64,000 nucleotides of DNA from Paraspadella gotoi (GCA_051294375.1 JBJCIZ010000239.1:4967581-5031580), one strand, 5' to 3'. Shown: positions 1 to 13,350, numbered from the stretch's first letter. Translations and numbers: made by a program. The notes: a model not told the origin generated them from the sequence alone.

Positions 1-13
1 TTCTTTAATAGAG

Positions 14-225
14 TTGCGACGCGTAACAGCGCCTAACTCTTCCTCCTCTTCCTTCTCTTACTCATTTTCTTCCTCTTCCTCCTCTTCCTTCTCTTCCTCA
101 TTTTCTTCCTGTTCCTCCTCTTCCTCCTCTTCCTACATTTCCTCTTCCCTCTCTTCCTCCTCTTCCTCCCTTTCCTATTTTTCTTCCTCTCTTTCCTCTT
201 TTTCATCCTCTTTCTCTTCCTCCTC
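14..225. repeat. Pyrimidine-rich (TCC/TCT)n low-complexity tract
   Basis: Degenerate trinucleotide run; explains the poly-Ser and poly-Arg/Lys ORFs. Confidence 0.85.
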
Positions 226-277
226 GGTGTCACTTTTCTTTAACCACATTTCTACTTTTGTAAATGTAAGTAAAACT

Positions 278-428
278 GGCTCTCTTTTCCGAGAATGCCC
301 CTTTTCTATTTGTTGTACTGCAGAATTTTATTTGAAATCCTTAACCTCTAACCTTATCTTTAACTAAAAAAAAATTAATCTAAATTTCGATTTTAAGAAA
401 AACTGGGGCGTTCTGGGAAAATAAGGCC
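278..428 (+). mobile_element. GGC..GCC TIR mini-element (family A), short copy
   Basis: Left end GGCTCTCTTTTCCGAGAATGCCCC matches the reverse complement of the right end (GGCCTTATTTTCCCAGAACGCCCC) at 19/24; interior has TAACC-like units. Confidence 0.75.
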
Positions 429-577
429 CAATTGGGGGCTGTCAAACTTCTCTTAATTTTTGTTAATTGCAATGAAGCGAATAATAATTTGGGGGATCAT
501 TTCGATATACAAGTGATTGTTTAATCATTTCATTTTTACATTTTTTTATTCGGCTTTAGAAAAATTTTCTTCACAAA

Positions 578-3524
578 ATGGATGTTTTTGGGCTCGTGAC
601 AAGTTCAGCATTAAACGTGATTGACGCCTTCACCGACTTCAGATCCGCCTACGAATTTCTGACATCAACTTCTGACATTTGCTTTAAAATCGGTTGCTCT
701 TTATTATTCGTTCTGATATTTCATTGCCTCGCATCATCCCTTTATGGATTTATAGTAATATCGAGGAAAAAAATTTATTACGAGAGAATATTTAGTAATG
801 CTTTCGTGAGTAGCTCAACGATTGTTTTGTTTATTTTGGGTCTTGGGTCGATCCCGATCTCTGTCGATTATCATTTTGAGAAATTGGACGCCGATAAAAA
901 TATAAAGGCACTATTTACCAAAAGCGCCACATTTATATTCCTCACAACCTAAATTTAATTTTAATTTTTATATTTTATCAAATTTAAAAATTATTTATTT
1001 TGTTGCGTTAAAGTTTAGAAAACCAAAATAATTTATTACCATCACCAAACTCATTACTTACTCCCTAACCTAAATCTCTCACTATAATCCTGAACCTTAA
1101 CCTAATCCTCAACCCTTATGCCCAATCTCTATGCTTAATCCTTAAACCTAATCCCTAACCAAAACCTATACCCTAATCTTTAAACCCCCCCCCCCAAAAA
1201 AAATAATTCGATTTCCAAAAAAAAAATTAAGATTTAACTTCTACTGTAATGGGGCGTTTTTGGGTTAAAAGGCCTATATTAACGTCGAGAAAGAAAATTT
1301 TCTCCTCTTTCTACATCTGATCCAATGTTTACTAGAAGGGTTACCCCAACTCGTCCTTCAAACGGGAGGTCTCATCTTTTCTCTCGCCAGTTCCCCGAAC
1401 AACAAGCACTGCTTTCCCAAATTCATATTCGCTCCGGATTTTAAACGAACGATCATCGGCTGTTCCCCCTTTTTTATACTTCATTCTTTGTTCACGTTGA
1501 AGGGTAACATTTCGGATATGGTTCAAAACCTTTCCCTGATCAAGGATGATTCGATCGAGGAACTTGACGAGCCGTGTCATTGCAAAGAAGTACGATCTTA
1601 CATTGGTCACAACGAATACGTTTGTCAGTGGAGCATCAAGGATCATTACTTTCAAATATTTTCGATCGCAGTTTCTATGGTTGGAATTTCCAAAGGAGCT
1701 TCGAATGTTAGATCGTTATTTATACAGTCACGGAAAGAATTTAGTTATTCGTCCTTTGTACTAAAAATTTGGGAGGCTTTTAGCGTGTTTCAAGGTATAG
1801 TCGGAATTACAATAAATCTCTACGTAATTTTCAGGTTTTCTATAAAAATCAATTTGTGTTTTGGAATTTTGACGCCGTTTATTATCCTTCGTATAATGAC
1901 CCCGTCGGAAATTGCTACGTTGTTCAAAACAATGTTCTTTCATACGAAAATCGGAAATGTTAAGGTTCATACGAGCAGCAAGTCTAGAAATCTACAAATT
2001 TTATTCATGCCACTTCTGAGTTTTTTCTTTTTTTCTTTTTTTTACGACATCGAACAAAAAGTTGTTTTGTCAGAATACAAAGAAGATCTCGATTTTGTGT
2101 ATAGTAAACCCCATCGCCCATTTTTTGGAGGATTGGCCAAATTGAAAAACGAGAACATGCCGCGTCTCGAATTTTTTAATCATATTTGGAGATTGAGTAA
2201 ATTTCACAATGATACCCTAAACAACGCTTATGGAAAAGATATGGAAAATTATTGTATTAATTCTTTCGATTATGGAAATGCCACATATTGGGACCCTTTA
2301 CATAACTTCACAACTGATTGCATGAGTTTCAAAGGTATTGGTGATACAAAAAATTGGCAAAGTCACTTATTTTATAAGTACAAAAAAAATGAAAATAATG
2401 ACGTCGATTGTGCAAAACCTATAAGGAGATATTTCTGGGTATATTACCAAAAAGCGTATCCCAATATAGTTTTAAGGTTGGGTAACTATAAATTATTTTC
2501 TGTGACGTATACTTTGTTACTTCTTTTGTTACATTTAGATTTCATTGCTGGTTATCTTTTTGTTTGTTTTCACTTGAAATTGGAGCATAGGTTTCACCAG
2601 TATTTAGACATCATAGTTTCAATTTTTGCTTTTGGGTCAATAATTCTTGTGAATTTAATTATTTCTTCACGTGCGACAAATAAAAATATTTTATCAGGTA
2701 ATAAAAAACAAACAATCCATGTAGCTTATTATCATCTTCACAAATTCAAGCAATATGAACACACGCGCATGAATTATCATTTTGATCAGACTGTACCAGA
2801 CATTTTAACAAATGTAAATCATAATGAATCATTACTGCCTATGTTTAAAAACGCAAATCCTTTTCTCGAAACTCAGTTTGTGAAAAAAATGCAAAAGTTG
2901 TATTGGTATAAGCAACAGGAATATATTTTTACAAAACTGATTACACAGTTTTACTTACAAACATATTGTCTCTTTGCTTTAGTAATGTTAAAAAAACTAA
3001 GTTTTAAATTTTCCAATTTAACAAAGTATTTTTTATTTTTTGGAATGATTTTCGCATTAGTTTTCTTGCAGATTTTTTTATTTTACCTGGAAAAGGAACT
3101 TCCGAGGGAACTGTTAGAACTTACTAAATATTTGTGCAATGTTAAGTTTTCTTTAAAAATGTATAAACAATTTCAAAATAAATTATGTAGTTGGTTATTT
3201 TTGACAGAAAACCGCTTTATAATCAGTTGTCTCATTGCAATTAGTATTTTATTTTTAGTGTATCAAATTTTTTACAAATTTCTATCCGTTTTCTTAAATA
3301 AAAAACAAATTTTTCATCCTCTGTCTCTGTTAAGATTTCTTTTGGGCAGCCTTTATTTATTTAGCACTTTGCTAAAAGCTCCTCAAAAACCGAAAGAAAT
3401 ACCCGAAAATATGATTTTTATCGATTCACTAGGCTATTTATTTTTATCAATCTTAGGATTTGACGAATTTCAATATCAGTCGCCAGAGTTGATAATTTTA
3501 CAAGAAAACTGTTCATTTATCTGA
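578..3524 (+). CDS. XK-related (Xkr/Ced-8-like) multipass membrane protein; exons 578-907 and 1272-3524
   Basis: Exon 1 has VIDAFTDFRSAYEF (D-x-x-TD motif) and hydrophobic helices. The 1488-3524 frame is open upstream to 1272 and reads AYINVEKENFLLFLHLIQCLLEGLPQLVLQ, the XK E-x-x-PQ-x-x-LQ motif. Joining 907 to 1272 is in frame. Another frame stays open 3496-3747, so the true C-terminus may lie past an indel. Confidence 0.7.
907..1274 (+). mobile_element. Family A TIR element coinciding with the predicted GC-AG intron 908-1271
   Basis: Ends GGCACTATTTACCAAAAGCGCCACATT and AATGGGGCGTTTTTGGGTTAAAAGGCC are imperfect inverted repeats; interior 1060-1185 is degenerate CCCTAA/CCTAAT repeats. Confidence 0.75.
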
Positions 3525-4539
3525 ATGTAGACGTAAATATGAGAAATCTTCATCCGAACCTGAGACGACAGTCGAATTTCGAAGAAATTTTAACGAACAT
3601 TTTCAAGCAAACAACTTTCATCAGATAGTGTACAGAAACAATTTTTTATTGATCGAAAATTCTATCAACAAAAGAAATTCCGATGGAATCAATATTTTAA
3701 CATTTTATTTGATTACATATCCGACAATACTTATCATTTTTAGGTAATCTTTTTGAAGTCAAATAAGAATCTTAGTATACTTTTTCGCAATGGTTTCCTT
3801 CCTGCCAAAAATTTTGTAAATATTAAAATTTAACCTTTGATGGTATTAATCGGTATCTGCATTTATTTTTTTAAATTTATCAAATATTTAATTTTTATAT
3901 TTAAAATCTGAACCCTACGTACACATTATACAATAATTTATGAACATTCCAAAAAATAAGAATTATGGATGTATCAGAAAATAAGATTGTCATTGACAAT
4001 TTAGTTGTTTATTAAGCAAAAAAAATACAACACAGGATTATTTACTAGTACAAACAATAGTATAACGTATTGTTGAATTTTTTATCCTTTTGTCTCTTAT
4101 TGTACGTTTAATCATTTTTGGTGGTATCTGCACTCTTATCCACTTTTCATTCAACGTTAAAACCGAAAATTATATCAATTATGCTTTTAAATTTATTTAT
4201 ATCAAATTTGGTTTTGATTTATTTGATCTAATGCACTGCACGCACAACCTTTGTTGAGATTCCAATATTTGGGGTTCTCAAATATAAAATGTCAAATGTA
4301 GTTATAATTTTACATGTTCAACAGTTAAAGCGCATTTTTATCAAGGAATCGGCCTATTTATATTCTTATACTACTTTACAATTGAATTCAAAACTGACAA
4401 ATCTGATAACTGCATAGTGAATTTGGCACATTTTTTTAAAAACCATTCGTTTATTCTTGAGGGATGTATGCTAACAAATTGGTACAACCACATAAAAATC
4501 GAATTACTCTAAGAAAAGAAGATCATCATAGATGAAAAT

Positions 4540-4823
4540 TAACAAGAATGGTGATTCCAATGTGTTGCGCCGCAGTGACTTTATTTCTCTTTGATAACAT
4601 GATATGACAGGACATGACATGACTAAAAAAACTTTCCGTATGAAAGCACTGCATCGAAATCCCGTCTTTTGTTCCTTATAGTTTTATGATTTCCTGAAGG
4701 CGGCGCTAGCAATCACTTAGATTTGCGGGTTTTTTTTTTGTCTAACCAAATGAGCAACCGATTGACAGACATACCGACGGACAGACAAACAGACAAACCG
4801 ACCGAAAAGTGACGCAACTAAAA
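4540..4823 (-). mobile_element. DINE-1/HINE-like non-autonomous element (family B)
   Basis: On the minus strand it starts TTTTAGTTGC..CACTTTTCGGTCGG, has a GTCY microsatellite and ends ..CTTGTT; collinear with the copies at 34744-35125 and 40165-40510. Confidence 0.65.
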
Positions 4824-5349
4824 TTCGTTTTGAAAATCTTGGAGAGTGAGTCGATTGTACCTCGAGTTTATTTCATCCCAGTCCAAAAATCCACCATGAA
4901 AATGTCTTTCTGAATACCCGTTGTCCTATAAAAAAAATTATGATTGTAGTATTTAATAAATAAACAATATTACAAAAGTTAAATGGCTTATGAATTTCTT
5001 TTTTTTTTTTTTTGATAATGGACATCTTTGCCGCACAATTTTTGAAATCTATTATATTCTTTTTCTCCTATAATCTAGCATTTTATTTTTACTTTTATTT
5101 AAACCAATATAGTAGCACGTGTGACTATTTCTTAACGAAAATTGAATATTTTTAACGCAACGCAGAAAAAACCATAGAAATGACAAAATCTACCTTCACA
5201 ATAAATCCTTTTCTTCCATGAAGAATTCTGTAATTGTTGAAAGCCACCATTTCTCCAGGTTTCAGTTTTCGAACGATCAAGTTTTCAGGTCGATAGCAAA
5301 TTTCGTCAAACTTTTTCAACGCTGGGTAACGAAGAAAGAAACGTTTGTT

Positions 5350-5438
<89 letters not shown>

Positions 5439-5860
5439 TAAAAAAATGAAAAAGAAAGATCAACCAACAAACCAACCAGCCAACCAACCAACCAACCAAC
5501 CAGCCAACCAAACAACCAACATTTTTACCTCTATAAAGTTCGTTGACCGTCTCCGGATCCAAAGGAAGGAAGGAATCTCTGCCCGGGTTGTTGTAGTTGA
5601 CGCGAAAGACTTTGTTGTCTTTCGTTTCTATGGTAACGGTCGAGCGTCGTTTGAGAAACGTCAAAGACGAACTAGAGGAAACGGTGAGATACTTGGAATG
5701 GTCAAGCTAAATTGAATAATATTGTCATTTTTGGTATAATTTTAAGGTTTTGAGCAAAGTTAATAAATGAATGTATTAAATTACATTCGGTGGTCCGAGG
5801 TCACTGGATTTTAAAACAATTTTGTCGATTTTTTCTACCAAATAAACAAATCGATGGCAT

Positions 5861-5892
<32 letters not shown>

Positions 5893-6814
5893 TCTCTCTC
5901 TCTCTCTCTCTCCTTCTTTCTAATATTTTCTCTCCTCATACAGATCTTTAAATGAAATTTTCAAGGCTCCTGATGAAGTGATACAGGGATACAACCCAGT
6001 TTTTTGTCCCAATACTAAAGTGCCCCAACCCGCTCAACACCCCCCCTTTACCCTGATCCATTATGATTGTCCTCTTGGCCAAAGTCCCAAAACGTCACCG
6101 GAGTCGTCGTCAACGTCTCGTAGGCGACGGGATCCTCAGCCTTCAAGATTTCCGCGATCCAAAATCCGTCGCAAAACTCGCTGTCGCCTCCTTCGCCTTT
6201 TGTTTTTTTTTTTTTTTTTGTCGAAAGAGGGCGCGAACGAAAAAAAACAAAAAGACATCGTAATAAATTAGAGTGAATTAAATTAATGAAATGAGCTCGA
6301 GAATGATTGTGATTGTTCAAAATCTAGCAATAAATATTAATGTTTATATTTTCTATTAGTGTGTCATGAAAGTCGGCTAATATATCTTCAAAATTTCAAA
6401 AAGTTGTAGAAAGAAATTTTGTTTAAATCTAAGAGATTCAAAGTTATCATAAATTCTTTTTTACGTATAAAATCTAGTGGTTTTCATAGATTCATAAAGC
6501 CTTATAAAAAACAAATATTAAAATTTTGTTACTTTGACATTTTTTAGAGATAAATAGATTTTGTCAAATTTGAATATTTTTCACAACTTATGTTAATACA
6601 ATTATAAAAGCCTGTATAATATAGGCGTACTAATAAATTCATAGAGTGTCACCCGGTTTGAATTTTAACCTGCGAATTGTTGAATGCAATGAAAGAGCAG
6701 CGCCCCTGCCGGGCAGTCGTAATACGGCAGATCGGTGTGAAGGCCAAGAGCGTGACTTGAGTAGGCCAAGTTATTGGGCTCGGCTTGGGCTTGAGGTGAA
6801 GTTGCCGCTGGAAT

Positions 6815-6890
<76 letters not shown>

Positions 6891-6977
6891 TGATTTGATT
6901 TGTAATGCTCAAAAATGTGACAGTTAACACATTAACAAAATATATTGTTACAGAGCGGTACAAACAAACAAAAAGTA

Positions 6978-7052
<75 letters not shown>

Positions 7053-9522
7053 TGAGTGAGAAAGAGTAAGTTAGAGAGAGAAAAGCCAACTACTTTATAG
7101 AACAATAAATATGTTTCACGCATAGATTTATTTCAATTTACATAATTAAATTGGATCTAAAATTATAAGTCTTTTCTTAGATCAGATTCACCCGTAGTGC
7201 GTGCTCTTATAGAATCCGATCCGCTCGGCAATCCGATCGGCGGGGCCTTCTACGAGCGGGCATCCCTCCAAGAGGACGAGGCCGACGTCGCGGAGAAGTC
7301 GGAGCCAATCCTTCAACGCGGAATCCTCCTTCAAGACATCCTCGTAGTTCAGTCGCTGCGAAAAAAATTTTAGGGGAAAAATAAAAAAATTAACGCGCTG
7401 ACGTAGATTATTATGTTTATGGTTTGTTTTTTTTTTCGATAATTGTTTGTATAGTTTTTTTTTTGTTTAATAATTGTTGATTTGTTTAACTTTTTGGTCG
7501 AGTTGTTTATTTCTTTTTAAAAATTTAAATTAAATTAAACTAACAATTCAAAATATTAAACAAACAAACTTTTACGCGAAAAATTTTACGTACGATTACA
7601 ATCGAAACAAAAACAGAAATGAAAACAACGACAAAGAAAGACATTCCAAAAAAAGACTCAAAAACTAAACTAACATTCTTACAGGAATGCTTCCCATGTC
7701 CTCCATGCACCGCCGGTCCCAAAGAACGTTCTTCGTCGCCATGTCCTCGTTCCTTCGTTAGCGGTAGCCGATCAAATGTAAATTTTAATGGGAACAGCAT
7801 TAAACGAATCCATTATAGGTATTAGTTATTGTGTTATAATATTTTTTTTGCAAAAATGTTCAGAACCATGAGTAATTCGTTAATTAAAATTATTATATAT
7901 TATATAATATCAAAATTTTTTTTAGATATTTCAAGTTTTTCTAATAGATTCTGATAGAGCTCATTAAGTTAAACAAAAAATGTAATTACCACTTTTTAAA
8001 ATTGTGATGTTTTATTACTAAAAATTAGCAAAAACTTAAAATTATTGGATGATGAAGATAAGGATGATTTTTTTTAGGTTTTTCCCAATTTTGATCCACT
8101 TATCATCAAAATATTGAAAAAAGAATTATACTTTGTGTAGACAACTTTTTATAAGCAATCTGAATCTGCTTTTAAAAATACAAAATTTAAAAAAAAATTT
8201 TGACATTTCCTATCTATAAATAAATATTAAAAAAATTAATTTCTAGTGCTTCTTGCCCTTTTAGAAAATTTTGGGTCCATTGAAAGTTTTCTCAAAAATG
8301 TATGAAGTTTGATTTGGGAAGGTTCCCGAATCAAACTTCTGACCCACCCCATTAACAAAGTTTGGCCCTACCTTCGTCGGGCGATCACGTGATCTCGGGC
8401 TCGAAGCCAGGAGGCGGACAATTCCGTCACGTGACCGTCGTTCCATTCCAGACTCACGGAGGAAGAGTCGGGCGAAATCTTGCGTAAAAAGTGGGGGAAA
8501 GTGAATATATATATAATATATAGGATATATGTTATATGTATTATATATTGAACACAAGTGAAACCCTGATATTGGGTACAAAACTAGGCAGAATATTAAG
8601 ACTTTCTTACACATTTATATTATACAATTATTAATATTTACAATTTTTTATCATAGTTATATTGTACGTATTACAAATAATTGTACCTGTAAAATTAATT
8701 TGGAGAAGTTGAATTCAGAATAACAAATATTGTTTTAATTATTTTTTTTTAAAGATTTTTTTTTTGGTTAATGCCGTAAATTTAATCGTTAATCAGTAGC
8801 TTAAAAATAATAAATATATTATTAAAAATTATATTTTTTTCAAAATAAAAAAAATAAAACTTACGTTTTTGCAAAATAATTTTTCGGGATTCAAGTTTTT
8901 CATCATCAAAGTGCGACTCTTCGAATTTTGGTGAAAACATTCAGAACACCTGATAATAATGATAATGCATTACAAATTAGCAAGTATACAGTAATCTAGT
9001 CAGTAATTGTTAGATAATTAAAAACAAAAGCAATGAGAGATTGATGAAAAAAGATTTCAAGGTTATCCTAAAGAAATTGACTGCTAAATCAAAAATGTAC
9101 CTTATTCTGTTCTCGGAATACAATAAATAAAAAATTGTTAATTTGGTTTTTACAAAAAGTACGCCTTCATAGATTTGTGTTCGTATAATTTTAAGTTTGG
9201 TACCTGCAGTTGTCTCTAAGCCAGGCCATAGAATATGAGCTGTGAAGTCCGTTTTCCCATTCGACCTGTGAATAATCAATAAATTTACATTTTTGCTACT
9301 TTATTTTAATTCGGAATTGAGTTAGTTTTAAGAATTTATAAATAGTTTTAAAAAAAGTTCAATTGGATAATAAATTCAAGGATTAAAGAACGGAATTAAA
9401 GTGATTTTGGAATGGAGAGCCAACTTTTTAATAGTAGCTTTATTTCGTTTTTAGTATTTACTTACTTTAATAAGTTTTTTAGCTGCTTCGCTGACAACGC
9501 GAGAAATTCGAACTGCAGACAT
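4818..9522 (-). CDS. BBOX1: Gamma-butyrobetaine dioxygenase (TauD/TfdA Fe/2OG family); exons 9522-9466, 9265-9204, 8949-8865, 8478-8372, 7752-7683, 7355-7192, 6807-6670, 6196-6052, 5671-5529, 5321-5194, 4925-4818
   Basis: Spliced translation gives WLRDNCRCSECFH (Zn site), WNDGH, NLAYSSHALGLHTDLPYY (HxD), GGDSEFCDGF, FNNYRILHGRKGF and GGFLDWDEINSR. All introns GT-AG with compatible phases. Small frameshifts near 7257 and 6780-6800. Confidence 0.88.
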
Positions 9523-9684
9523 TTTGTCTTTTAAAAATTTTTGTTATTTTTAAACAGGATACTTATGATTGAGTGACGAGCTAGTGAGCTTTGTCGGATT
9601 ATTCAATAGAAAGAAAATATTGAATATTGAAAGCAAAAGTGAGGCTTGAGGCAGGCTGTCTTTACAGAGAGAGAGAGAGAGAGG

Positions 9685-9758
<74 letters not shown>

Positions 9759-10090
9759 AGAGAGTAAGAAAAGATTGCTGGCTCAATGTCGAATTAAATT
9801 TGACCTCATCAGATCAAGAAGGAAACTGTAGACAAACGAGTTTGTTGGGGAGAAAAGAATAATAGATAAGAAAGAAAAAGAAATATCGTAAAAAAGAATA
9901 TTTTAAATTGACTAAAAAAAAAAAATATGCAATTAATTAAAAAAAAAAATGAGACGACCAACTTGTTCACTTTACTAGTTTCTGTCTTTTTTTCTGTTTT
10001 CTGTCTGTTTATTTAAAAACGTTTAAAAACATTTATTATGATGTTCTACATTGTAAAATGTAAAATAGCTACAATCAGATACACACAGAA

Positions 10091-10162
<72 letters not shown>

Positions 10163-10266
10163 AAAAGAGAGATCGCCGTGAATTACTACTTTCACGCTTT
10201 CACGGGACGTTCCGACTCTCGCTTTAGCTTTCGCACACGTGTGAGCGCGATAAATTTTTCGCCTGC

Positions 10267-10317
<51 letters not shown>

Positions 10318-10367
10318 CCTTCTCTCTCCATTTTTTTTTCTCTCCCCAAGTCTAATCCCTCTGCTTC

Positions 10368-10433
<66 letters not shown>

Positions 10434-10480
10434 CCTTCTCTCTCCATTTTTTTTCTCTCTCCCCAAGTCTAATCCCTCTG

Positions 10481-10538
<58 letters not shown>

Positions 10539-10762
10539 TTTAATCCCTCTCTCTCTCACCTCCCTCCCCCCTCCCTTCCCTCATAAAGCAAGACGTCGAC
10601 GCTAGCGCTCCTAGCGGCCTCGCGGGGGAAAAAAAAAGAAAGAAAAAAACAAGAGACGCTCAGGTGCGATATCTTAGCAAGGGGGGGGGAGAGATTTGAA
10701 AAGGGAGGTGGGTGGAGAAAAAGGAGAACCGAGTTTGCATATTAATTTAAGAATAAGAATTT

Positions 10763-11395
10763 CGGCTCTCTTTTCCGAGAGTGCCCAATTTCTGTTCGTG
10801 TTTTCCTAGAATGTAATTTTATTTTTGATATTTAACCTAATAATTTTTTAAAATTTTTAAACTAATTCTCAACCCTAATCCATAAAGCTAGCCTAATCCT
10901 GAATCCTAATCCCTAAACCTTTATCTCTAATTTTTTACCCAAACATTTAATCCTAAATACTAATATTTAATACAAATCCTTAGCCAAGTTTACAAACCAA
11001 ATTTTATTAATATTTTACAAATATTTAAAATAATAATAAAAAATACTATAATTGAAGAAGAATGTTAAAATATAGTTATAACAATATTTTGGATATTGAT
11101 TTAAAAAGAGTAGTTTTTGGTTCTTAGCTTAAAATTTAAATAAAAAAAACTTTATAATATGAAAAAAAATAAGTTAGCCGACAACGACGACAACTGAGGC
11201 TTCAGAGTAGTTTAGTGATTGATATCTTTGTGACAAAGGTCATCTTGACTGAGGTCAATTTGAGTCGCCAGATCCCTAACCCTAAACCCTAAATTTAATT
11301 TCTAACCAAATCTCAAACCCTCACCACATTAACTCCAAAAAATTAACCTAAATCCGAATTTAACATAAAATAGGTCGTTTTTCAAAAATAAGGCC
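10763..11395 (+). mobile_element. Family A TIR element with CCCTAA-like interior
   Basis: Starts GGCTCTCTTTTCCGAGAGTGCCC, ends GGTCGTTTTTCAAAAATAAGGCC; CCTAA repeats inside. Confidence 0.7.
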
Positions 11396-12165
11396 ATAGT
11401 TTCTTTCCTTTCTTTCTTTTTTTTTCTTTCTTTATTCACGCGGATGACGAATGTCGAGTCGTCGACGGCTCGACGTGGCGAAGAGGGGAAGGAGGAGGAG
11501 AATGACCGGGGTAAGAAGCGGGGTAAGTTAAATCCTAAATGTGAACTAATGATTACATATATAACTAAGTGGTGTTCGAATAAAATTGTCAAAAGTATAT
11601 ATTGAAAGATTGGTTCTTCAAATTTTGATTCTGTATCAGGACTTAACAATTCAGCAGTTATAAGGAGAAAAGTCAATTAAAGTAATAAAAAAAGATAAAA
11701 AAAGAATTACTTAGGTTGAGGAAAAGTGATTCCATCGGTGTAAGAAAAAGAAAAAAAGAATATTTAAGGACCAATTAAATATTTAATTACTTTAAAAAAA
11801 TGTTAGATATTTGGATTAGTTGATTAAACTTAACACTGCTCAGAAACAATAAAAAGATAGGATAAAAAAACAAAAGAATAACAAACAAGTAAAAGTGAAT
11901 AGAGGAAAAAAAAATAAAAAACGACAATAAAAAACAACTGAAAAAAAACAAAACCGGCCCCCCCAAAAAATATAGCAAACATTCTCGTTCGGAGATATAC
12001 GTCGGCGCCCGAGAGAATTCAACTTCGCGCCTGGAGAGAAAAAAAAAGGAAAGTTGACGGCTTGGTGCTTGCTCGATTCCTCTGGCGTTTTGCTTGCTTG
12101 GTGCTTTGGAGCTTGATAGCAGATACCAGAGGAGATGAAGTAAGGGGGGGAGGAATTCCCTTTTG

Positions 12166-12284
<119 letters not shown>

Positions 12285-12481
12285 TTCTCTATATTTTTAA
12301 GTATAGCAATCCGCACCGTACGCATACGTATTGCCGGAAATTACTCGAGGCACAGCGAGTTTCAAACTTCCGGTTAATCGGAAAATAAAGATCTCAATCT
12401 TTATGCTTTTCTGTCATTAGAGGGTAAATGGAACAAAAAGGATGAAGAAAATGAGGCCGAGGACTTTTGGAAAAGAGAGCC

Positions 12482-12813
12482 GGCACTGTTTATCGAAAGC
12501 GCCATGTTTTAGTTCCTAATCTACTAAAATTTAACTTTTATTAATTACCTCTTAAAAATTCTCAATCTAATCCCTAACCATAATCTAATCCTTAATTCTA
12601 ATCCCTAATTCTCGACCCTAATCCCTAACCTCGTCTCCTAACCCAAAAAAACCTAATCTCTAAACATTAATCCTTATTAAAAACTCTGACAATATCTCTA
12701 ACCTTTTTTTTCCAACTACTCCCCATCCTCGTTCGCTAATTTAATCTTCGAACCTAAAAACAAATTAAATTCTTAATTGAGGTTGAAATGGGTTGCTTTC
12801 AGCAATGAAGGCT
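12482..12813 (+). mobile_element. Family A TIR element with CCCTAA-like interior
   Basis: Starts GGCACTGTTTATCGAAAGCGCC, ends GGGTTGCTTTCAGCAATGAAGGCT; an inverted solo end GGAAAAGAGAGCC abuts it at 12469-12481. Confidence 0.7.
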
Positions 12814-12931
12814 CCGCCCCTCCCACCCCCCTCATCTCCTCCCCTTTCTTCAGTCTCCCCCCCCCAAGTTAGCGCCTCCTGCGTACGACTTGAAAATCCC
12901 TTCTAAGGTCGACGATTCCTCGTCGCTGCTC

Positions 12932-13240
12932 GCTCTCTGTCTTTCCGTCAACGGTTCTCTCTTGTTTTTGTCTCTGTCCCTCGCTCTCTGACTTTCCGTC
13001 AACGGTTCTCTCTTGTTTTTGTCTCTGTCCCTCGCTCTCTGACTTTCCGTCAACGGTTCTCTCTTGTTTTTGTCTCTGTCCCTCGCTCTCTGACTTTCCG
13101 TCAACGGTTCTATCTTGTTTTTGTCTCTGTTCCTCTGCTCTCTGACTTTCCGTCAACGGTTCTCTCTTGTTTTTGTCTCTGTCCCTTCGCTCTCTGACTT
13201 TCCGTCAACGGTTCTATCTTGTTTTTGTCTGTCCCTCGCT
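12932..13240. repeat. 51-bp minisatellite, about 6 copies
   Basis: Unit CTCTCTGACTTTCCGTCAACGGTTCTCTCTTGTTTTTGTCTCTGTCCCTCG recurs at 51-nt spacing. Confidence 0.9.
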
Positions 13241-13303
13241 CTCTCTCTTTCTCGCTCTCTCTATCACTTCCTATCTTTCTCTCTGCCTTTACTTTTTTCT
13301 CTT

Positions 13304-13350
<47 letters not shown>

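Noticed and set aside
1060-1185. CCCTAA repeats as interstitial telomere or chromosome fusion scar
   Set aside because: Degenerate and enclosed by family A TIRs in every copy.
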